A stretch of 64,000 nucleotides of DNA from an uncultured delta proteobacterium (lineage in GTDB: Bacteria; Desulfobacterota; Binatia; UBA9968), in the NCBI GenBank assembly GCA_963801935.1, contig CAWDHA010000011.1, forward strand, positions 25,923 to 89,922. Direction: 5' to 3'. Below are positions 58,288-64,000 of the stretch, piece by piece. The notes under the pieces were generated by a model. It did no database searches, had not been told where the DNA came from, and was given only the letters and a program-made list of their open reading frames with translations. The translations under genes were made by a program, and so were the position numbers. The stretch's first letter is position 1. Each line of letters starts with the position of its first letter.

Positions 58288-59289
58288 ATGATCAGACCCG
58301 ATAGCCGTCTGAGTCTGCTTTTCTTGGCGGCGGGCTGTTTGTCTCTTGCCCTGGCGATTTCGGAAGCCGCGCAAGCCCAGGAGGGACGCGCCAAGTTAAG
58401 AATCTCCAACGCCGGTTTCACGATCACCGCGTTGCCGCTGTTGGCCGCCAAAGAGTGGGGTATGTTCAGCGCCAACGGCCTCGACATGGAAGTCATCCTC
58501 ATGCAATCGGCGCTGGTGCCGGCGGCGCTCACTCAAGGCGACATCGATTTTCAAGCAGGGGTGGGCCCGGCCTCAGTCAACGCGACCTTGAGCGGATTTG
58601 CCACCCGGGCCATCTGGTTTTCGTCCGACAAGATTTCTTACTGGCTGATGGCAAAGCCGCAATTTAAAACCCTCGACAGCCTGAAATCGAAGAAGATCTC
58701 GATCACCGGACTTGGTGGCACGGTTCATGTCGCGTTTAATCTGGCGCTCGAGAAACTCGGTGTCAGTGCCAAGGACTTTGTTCTGGTATCGATCGGCGGG
58801 CAACAGATACAACAGCTGATCTCACTGGAGTCGGGATATGTCGATGCCGCGCTGCTCTCTCCGCCGGTGACCTTCGGCGCCCAGAAAAAGGGATTTAACA
58901 AGCTGCTCGACGTCGGCGCGATGGTTGACATGCCCGGCGGCGGCTTGACCGCGCTGGTGAAAACGATTCAAGAACGACCGGCGGAAACCAAGCGGGTGAT
59001 TCGTTCGTTGCAGCGCGCTAAAGACGAGATTAAAAAATCCAAGCCCAAGACCCTGGACCTTATCGTCAAGCTACTCAGGATGGACAGGGAAGCGGCGAGC
59101 GAAACCTACGATCAGTTTCTGACGACTCTCAGCGGGAGCGGTATCCCCAGCCGCACCGGCATGGAAACACTGGTCAGATCGGTGCAGGCCCAAGGCCGCC
59201 ACGCCGACCGCAAAGTGAGCTTTCATGAAATTGCCGACGACCGGCTGGCGATGGAAGTGGCCAGAGAGTTGGGTTATAAGATTCCGTAA
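58288..59289 (+). CDS. NMT1/THI5-like ABC substrate-binding protein (paralog), orphan
   Basis: Signal peptide LLFLAAGCLSLALAISEAAQA. ...LKSKKISITGLGGTVHVAF.... Confidence 0.7.
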   Translation: MIRPDSRLSLLFLAAGCLSLALAISEAAQAQEGRAKLRISNAGFTITALPLLAAKEWGMFSANGLDMEVILMQSALVPAALTQGDIDFQAGVGPASVNATLSGFATRAIWFSSDKISYWLMAKPQFKTLDSLKSKKISITGLGGTVHVAFNLALEKLGVSAKDFVLVSIGGQQIQQLISLESGYVDAALLSPPVTFGAQKKGFNKLLDVGAMVDMPGGGLTALVKTIQERPAETKRVIRSLQRAKDEIKKSKPKTLDLIVKLLRMDREAASETYDQFLTTLSGSGIPSRTGMETLVRSVQAQGRHADRKVSFHEIADDRLAMEVARELGYKIP

Positions 59290-59568
59290 GGTGTTGCTAT
59301 AAATTAAGCTTTTTCGATGAACGCATTTGAATCGATGGTGCTGGGCGGCGCTTTTTTGACGAGGGCCGGGGCGACGTCGCGGTGGCCAACGAGTTAGCGC
59401 GCTCCGCTGATCCGACAGGCGCCACCTTGATCTTCGATCACGAATCCTGGGAAGCTCAGAAAGACAGCCTTGTTCGAGTCCTCTAAAATATTCCCGCGCC
59501 CAACCCTGGCTCAGCGACAATGATCGAGGAGCGCCATCTTCCATCCGCTATCCGCACTCGACCAACGC

Positions 59569-60564
59569 CTATGCGCCGTCGGTATCTTCCCGGTAAAGCC
59601 CCAATGCTTCCGTCGATGGCCGATCGCTGATTGAAAACAAGATCGCGTCCTCGCTGCTCAGGTTTTCGTGGCAGTGCCATTGCCACGAGGGCACGACAAA
59701 GATATCGCCCTTTGCCCAGTTGAATTCGTTGGCTGAGACTCTGGTCGTGCCGCCACCGCGGAAAGCGTAATAGACCGTCGTGCTCGTATGACGGTGCATC
59801 TTGGTTTTTTCGTGAGACCGAAACAGTTGAATGGAGCAAGAGCAGGTCGGTAAGGTATGGCCGCCGTCGACCGGATTGGCATATTCCAAGATGATCCCAT
59901 CGTACGGATCGCCGGCGCTCTCTTTAAGCGCCTGCAGGCTCGCGTCGGTTTCCTCCCAGGCATAGCGGTAAGGCGGCGCCTGAAAAGAATTCTTGATATA
60001 ACTGGGACGCGCGTGGGCGAAAACTTTCGCCGAATAGCGGTCCGGCTTTTCGATGGGCTGCTGCTCTTTATTGAAATTCTCCTGGATCATCGCGCCCAGG
60101 TGGCTCACCAGCCGAACATCGAGCCCGTCGAGCCACATGACGGGCTCGCCCGAGCCGTTAAAATGGTCGTGCCAGGTCCAGTTGGGCGTGGTGATGAAAT
60201 CGCCCTCGAACATCGGAAAGCGTTCACCTTCAACGATCGTATAGGCATTGGCCGTGCCTTTGACGATAAAGCGAACCGCGGCGGCGCTGTGCCGGTGCGC
60301 CGCCGCGATCTCGCCGGGCTTGACCAATTGCACCGAGATATGCACGGTATTGGTCATGCCGGCGGCGAGACCCGGATTTCTCATCTGGATCGTGCGCCGT
60401 CCTGCCTCACCTGTGGTGATCAAGTCTCCCGACCAATTGAGCGCCTGCAGGATTTCGTCGCCCTTCCAAAGCCAGGGCTTGACCGTTTGCGACCATTCCT
60501 GGTGCTCCCAGTGGCCTTTAAGGTTTCGCTCTTTCATCCATTGACTGAGCTCTTGCAGATCCAT
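59569..60564 (-). CDS. bicupin ring-cleavage dioxygenase (gentisate 1,2-dioxygenase-like)
   Basis: GGAGG RBS. First cupin AAHRHSAAAVRFIVKGTANAYTIVEGERFPMFEGDFITTPNWTWHDH. Second cupin with HRHTSTT...WHCHEN. Confidence 0.65.
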   Translation of the reverse strand: MDLQELSQWMKERNLKGHWEHQEWSQTVKPWLWKGDEILQALNWSGDLITTGEAGRRTIQMRNPGLAAGMTNTVHISVQLVKPGEIAAAHRHSAAAVRFIVKGTANAYTIVEGERFPMFEGDFITTPNWTWHDHFNGSGEPVMWLDGLDVRLVSHLGAMIQENFNKEQQPIEKPDRYSAKVFAHARPSYIKNSFQAPPYRYAWEETDASLQALKESAGDPYDGIILEYANPVDGGHTLPTCSCSIQLFRSHEKTKMHRHTSTTVYYAFRGGGTTRVSANEFNWAKGDIFVVPSWQWHCHENLSSEDAILFSISDRPSTEALGLYREDTDGA

Positions 60565-60680
60565 GATAGCCTCCAGTTTCAAGCGCTTAGAAGGTTGCGG
60601 TTGAGATTTGAATACAAACGACTAATCGCACTATCGACAGGCAAGTTTCAAGCAGGGCAATGTCAAAGTCATTTGCACCT

Positions 60681-60844
60681 TAGCAGCCCGTGGTGAAAGT
60701 CTGACTGCATTCGACGGGCGATCGATCCCCGTTGGCCGCGTTGCTCCTCGTTCAAATATTCCCGATATTTCTCGGTCGTCGCCTTGCCATCGGGGCGCCT
60801 CGCCCGTCTCGGTGCGACGCCACACTTTCACCACAGGCTGTTAG
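60681..60844 (+). mobile_element. MITE-like 165-bp element, copy 5 (TTAG...TTAG flanks)
   Basis: Full-length. Identical TTAG on both sides, consistent with a 4-bp target-site duplication. Confidence 0.6.
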
Positions 60845-60870
60845 GCATTTGAATGCTCACGTTTTTCCGA

Positions 60871-60930
60871 AAATCCCCCCTTCCCCGCTTTTTCAATGGG
60901 GGGTATTGGCAGTCTCCCTTTGAAAGGGAG
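60871..60930. repeat. paired GC hairpins (CCCCCCTTCCCCGC...GGGGGG / CTCCCTTTGAAAGGGAG), 3' of Bug gene
   Basis: Same motif family as 8569-8641. Confidence 0.5.
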
Positions 60931-60948
60931 GTTTAGAGGGATTTCTCA

Positions 60949-61977
60949 TTATTCCATTACTTTCTTCATCGACGCGATAACGTCGGCCGGCTGCGACATC
61001 ACCTCCCTCGCCAGTTCTTCGATTTCTTCTCCGGGAATCAACTCGGGCTCGAGGCCATGTTTTTTCGCCTCGGCGATGAGCTCGGGACTGGCCAGCGCCT
61101 TGGCGTAGGCGGCGCGCAAAATCTTGACATGATCGGCTGCTATGCCCGGGGGCCCGAACATCGGCGCGCTGCCGAACTCTCCCGAACCCAGCATGACCGT
61201 TACGAGCCGGCGATCTGCTTCGGCAGTCTTATATTGATCCATCAATTCACTGAAGAGCGGCGTATCCGATAAACGCGGGTCGCGTTTCTTGCCGCCTTGA
61301 ACCAAAACCCGCACCAGGTTCTTAGTGCGCCAGGTATGAAACGGCTCGCGGCCGAAAAAGACCTGAATGGTGAAAGCGCGGCATTGAACTTCACCGCGCT
61401 CGACCGCCAGTTCGATATCGGCGCCGCCCTGATAACCGGTCACCAGTTGAAACCTGGCGCCGATGGCTTGTTCCAGGAGCTTGGGCAAATAGTAGCCGGT
61501 ATTGCCCGTGCCGGTAACACCGCACTTGGGCGGAACCGTCGCCGTGCGCACGTCGTGAATGGTTCTGTACGGCGTATTGGCCCACATATAGAGCAGCGGC
61601 GCAGTCGGCGTCGTGCTGCCGACCCAGGTGAGTTTGGGCCACTCGAACTGCGCTTCTTTTTTCTTGAGGAGTTGTTCGAAATAGAGCGCCGCGTTGTTCA
61701 CACCGAGAGTCAAGCCATCCGGTTTCGCAACGCCATAGATATAATTCGTCGCCGTCATCGAGCCGGCGCCGGCCATGATCTGCACCACGGTAGCCGGATT
61801 ACCTGGAATATGCCTGGTTAGTTGCGGCGCAATCATGCGAGCCCACAAATCGTGGGCGCTGCCCGCTGGATAGCCGACAACCACTCTGATTGTTTTTCCC
61901 TGATAGTAAGGTGACTGCGCACCGGCACTCGAACAAATAAACGTTAGACCGAACAGCCACAAACCGCTTCGCTTCAT
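60949..61977 (-). CDS. Bug-family (TctC-like) substrate-binding protein, orphan
   Basis: GGAGG RBS. Signal peptide WLFGLTFICSSAGA. GKTIRVVVGYPAGSAHDLWARMIAPQL. Confidence 0.8.
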   Translation of the reverse strand: MKRSGLWLFGLTFICSSAGAQSPYYQGKTIRVVVGYPAGSAHDLWARMIAPQLTRHIPGNPATVVQIMAGAGSMTATNYIYGVAKPDGLTLGVNNAALYFEQLLKKKEAQFEWPKLTWVGSTTPTAPLLYMWANTPYRTIHDVRTATVPPKCGVTGTGNTGYYLPKLLEQAIGARFQLVTGYQGGADIELAVERGEVQCRAFTIQVFFGREPFHTWRTKNLVRVLVQGGKKRDPRLSDTPLFSELMDQYKTAEADRRLVTVMLGSGEFGSAPMFGPPGIAADHVKILRAAYAKALASPELIAEAKKHGLEPELIPGEEIEELAREVMSQPADVIASMKKVME

Positions 61978-62000
61978 AGCCATCCTCCGATTTTGCGCGG

Positions 62001-62528
62001 CTAGGAACCGGCCGCGCGCTTGCCAGCAGCGGCGGCGATCTGGGCATTGATCTCGCCGCCGATGTACATGATGAGACCCATGAGGTACAACCACAGCATC
62101 AGGACGATCACAGCGCCGATACTGCCATACGTGGCATTGTAACTCGGAGAGTAACGGATATAAGTAGAGAAGGATAAGAGGCGAGTATAAAAGTCGTTAC
62201 GGCAAACAGTGCGCCGGGCAGGATCCAGCTCCATCTTTGCTTGACGAAAACCGCGGCTGCGGTTGGCAAAAACGTTCTGCACCCAGGTTTCCACGATCCG
62301 GCTTGCATCGGCAGGCATGAGCCGCGATAGCCAGAACAGAATTATCTCCTGAACCCGCGGCATAAGACTAACCAGGTTCAGCAGAACAATGAGCAGCGGG
62401 AACAAAGCCAACTGAAAGTAGAAGGCAAGCTCGGCAGCCCTGCCAAGATAATCGTGTTTACGAATTCCCCGCCAGGTCTTAACGGCCAGCTGCTTGAGCG
62501 TAAGCCCTTCCAGGATGGCGGACTTCAC
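62001..62528 (-). CDS. YihY/BrkB-family membrane protein, internally frameshifted or truncated
   Basis: AAELAFYFQLALFPLLIVLL (YihY N-terminal motif) and C-terminal GSIGAVIVLMLWLYLMGLIMYIGGEINA. The middle segment lies in frame 62108..62308. Confidence 0.5.
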   Translation of the reverse strand: MKSAILEGLTLKQLAVKTWRGIRKHDYLGRAAELAFYFQLALFPLLIVLLNLVSLMPRVQEIILFWLSRLMPADASRIVETWVQNVFANRSRGFRQAKMELDPARRTVCRNDFYTRLLSFSTYIRYSPSYNATYGSIGAVIVLMLWLYLMGLIMYIGGEINAQIAAAAGKRAAGS

Positions 62529-62634
62529 AGCGATAACCCGCCCTCAGAAGTCTGCAAACTGGCACTGCCCGATGGTTTTCATCTCTTGGAAATAACAGCA
62601 GTCCGTAAGCTGTCGCAAAATAGCTAGCAGCCCG

Positions 62635-62792
62635 TGGTGAAAGTCTGACGACATTCGACGGGCGATCGATGCCCGTTGGCTGTGTTGCTCCTCCGCTCAA
62701 ATATTCCGCGATATTCTAAGGTCGTCGCGCCTTGCCATCAGGGCGCCTCGCCCGTCTCGGTGCGATGCCACACTTTCACCATGGACTGCTAG
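62635..62792 (+). mobile_element. MITE-like 165-bp element, copy 6 (CTAG...CTAG flanks)
   Basis: Full-length with a few substitutions. Confidence 0.6.
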
Positions 62793-62870
62793 GTGAAGCG
62801 AGCCGAGATTATTCTAATGCACCGAGAACAGCCATGACAGAGTCGTGATCAGGAACGAAGCCCCCTATGG

Positions 62871-63977
62871 CTAGCCAATACTATTGTTTTTGCCCTGCTC
62901 GATTTTTTCCGCCGCTTCTTCGTGATCACCCATGTCGGCCTCGGGCTGCTCCTGCTGCGCTTTTGTCTCGGGCTCGTAACTCAGCCTGATGAAGACGGGA
63001 AAATGATCCGAACCGAAGGAGGGAAGCCGCTCAAGCTGCAGCAGTCTAAAATGGTTGGAGTGAAATACATGATCGAGGGGCCACCTGAACAGTGGATTCT
63101 TGGCGCTAAAGGTATTGTAAAGGCCGCGGCCGATGCGCGGGTCGAGGAGCCCGCTAATCTTTTGAAACAGCTTGGTCGTGCGTGACCAGGCGACGTCGTT
63201 CAAGTCGCCGGCGACCAGAGCCGGTGCGCCCGACTCTTTGACGGCGCGCGCAACAACCAGCAGTTCCGCATCGCGCTCGGTCGAATCTTGACCGTGGCCG
63301 GGTTGCGGCGGCTCGGGATGCAGGCAATGCAACACGATCCGATCCGATGATTCTAACTCGACAACCGTATGGATCGAGGGCACGTTGGGTTCGATGAGAA
63401 ATTTGATTTGCGGGTCGATCAGCTTTAGCCGGGAGCACAAGAACATCCCGTAGCAGTTCGCCAACGGATATTTAACTGTATAGCGATACTTTTGATCGAG
63501 CACGCCGAGCTGCTCTACCCACCACTGATCGGTTTCAACGGCGAGCACTATATCCGGATCCGCTCTTCTGACGATTTCCAAATATTCTCGCGCGTTGCGA
63601 TTTTCCATCAACACGTTAGAGATAAGCAGACTAAAAGCGCCGGCGGAGCCATGCGCGTTGCTTGCCTGCACCTGCGGCGAGGCAAGAAAGGTGTAAGGAG
63701 ATATCTTGTAGCCCTGATAGAGCACGCAGAGCATCAGCAGCGCCAGCCCGGCACTCTCAGCGATCGTTTGCAGGCTCCAGACGAACAGCCAATACAACAG
63801 GGTGACGCACAGCCCGCCGATGGCAATGTGCGTGCGTGGAAAATCGAACATTCGGATCCACGCGCTATCAGTGCGGCTAAAGGGCAGAGCAGTGGCAGCA
63901 ACGAAGAAAATGGCGAGAGCGATCAGCAAGGCCTGGAGCATGGCAACTCTTGTAGACCTGCACGGCAACAAAGGCAA
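62871..63977 (-). CDS. endonuclease/exonuclease/phosphatase (EEP) family membrane protein
   Basis: Two N-terminal TM helices, then EEP motifs ...LLISNVLMENR..., ...ALVAGDLNDVAWSRT... and ...GSDHFPV.... Start may be Met 63941. Confidence 0.65.
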   Translation of the reverse strand: MPLLPCRSTRVAMLQALLIALAIFFVAATALPFSRTDSAWIRMFDFPRTHIAIGGLCVTLLYWLFVWSLQTIAESAGLALLMLCVLYQGYKISPYTFLASPQVQASNAHGSAGAFSLLISNVLMENRNAREYLEIVRRADPDIVLAVETDQWWVEQLGVLDQKYRYTVKYPLANCYGMFLCSRLKLIDPQIKFLIEPNVPSIHTVVELESSDRIVLHCLHPEPPQPGHGQDSTERDAELLVVARAVKESGAPALVAGDLNDVAWSRTTKLFQKISGLLDPRIGRGLYNTFSAKNPLFRWPLDHVFHSNHFRLLQLERLPSFGSDHFPVFIRLSYEPETKAQQEQPEADMGDHEEAAEKIEQGKNNSIG

Positions 63978-64000
63978 GATGCTTAGCCCGGAGTATGCAC

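Noticed and set aside
1-64000. rRNA, tRNA, CRISPR arrays, integrase/transposase genes, toxin-antitoxin pairs
   Set aside because: I searched by eye for tRNA-like GC-rich ~75-nt cloverleaf candidates, repeat-spacer periodicity and recombinase motifs (R-H-R-Y, DDE). None were found. The only mobile signal is the non-autonomous MITE family.

Overview
This is a 64 kb, high-GC (~60-63%) bacterial chromosomal segment. The frameshifts described below suggest it is metagenome-assembled. I found no rRNA, tRNA or CRISPR. Coding density is high, and the gene content is dominated by six paralogous amidohydrolase-superfamily (ACMSD/LigW-type) enzymes plus one truncated remnant. These sit beside eight 'orphan' periplasmic solute-binding proteins (3 Bug/TctC, 3 family-1 Fe3+/PotD-like, 2 NMT1/THI5-like). 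No cognate permease or ATPase is present in the window. Interleaved with them are aromatic-acid catabolic enzymes: a gentisate-1,2-dioxygenase-like bicupin, an FAD monooxygenase, a CaiB/BaiF CoA-transferase, an LLM flavin oxidoreductase, a hydantoinase B, a Zn-ADH and alpha/beta hydrolases. Other modules: an envelope-stress cluster (ECF sigma, anti-sigma, Spy/CpxP-like protein, MacA-MacB-OMF efflux pump); DnaJ and two tandem Hsp20; a CdnL/CarD regulator; a glycoside locus (GT4-GH fusion, GH130 phosphorylase-like gene, phosphohexomutase); three secreted class-I SAM-methyltransferase-fold paralogs; and a membrane-anchored 2Fe-2S-ferredoxin/class-III nucleotidyl-cyclase fusion. The most striking non-genic signal is a ~165 bp MITE-like element with 20-bp perfect terminal inverted repeats (CAGCCCGTGGTGAAAGT...), present in six copies, all intergenic, flanked by YTAG tetramers, and twice supplying the TAG stop codon of the adjacent gene. 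A second recurring signal is a family of lower-GC hairpins built from tandem GTTTC/GTTCAA heptads at gene junctions. Several genes (macAB, the GT4-GH/GH130 region, an MFS gene, rlmL-like, pgm, hyuB, yihY) carry frameshifts, mostly at homopolymer runs, so they may be sequencing artefacts rather than true pseudogenes. All functional calls rest on motif recognition by eye. No database search was run.
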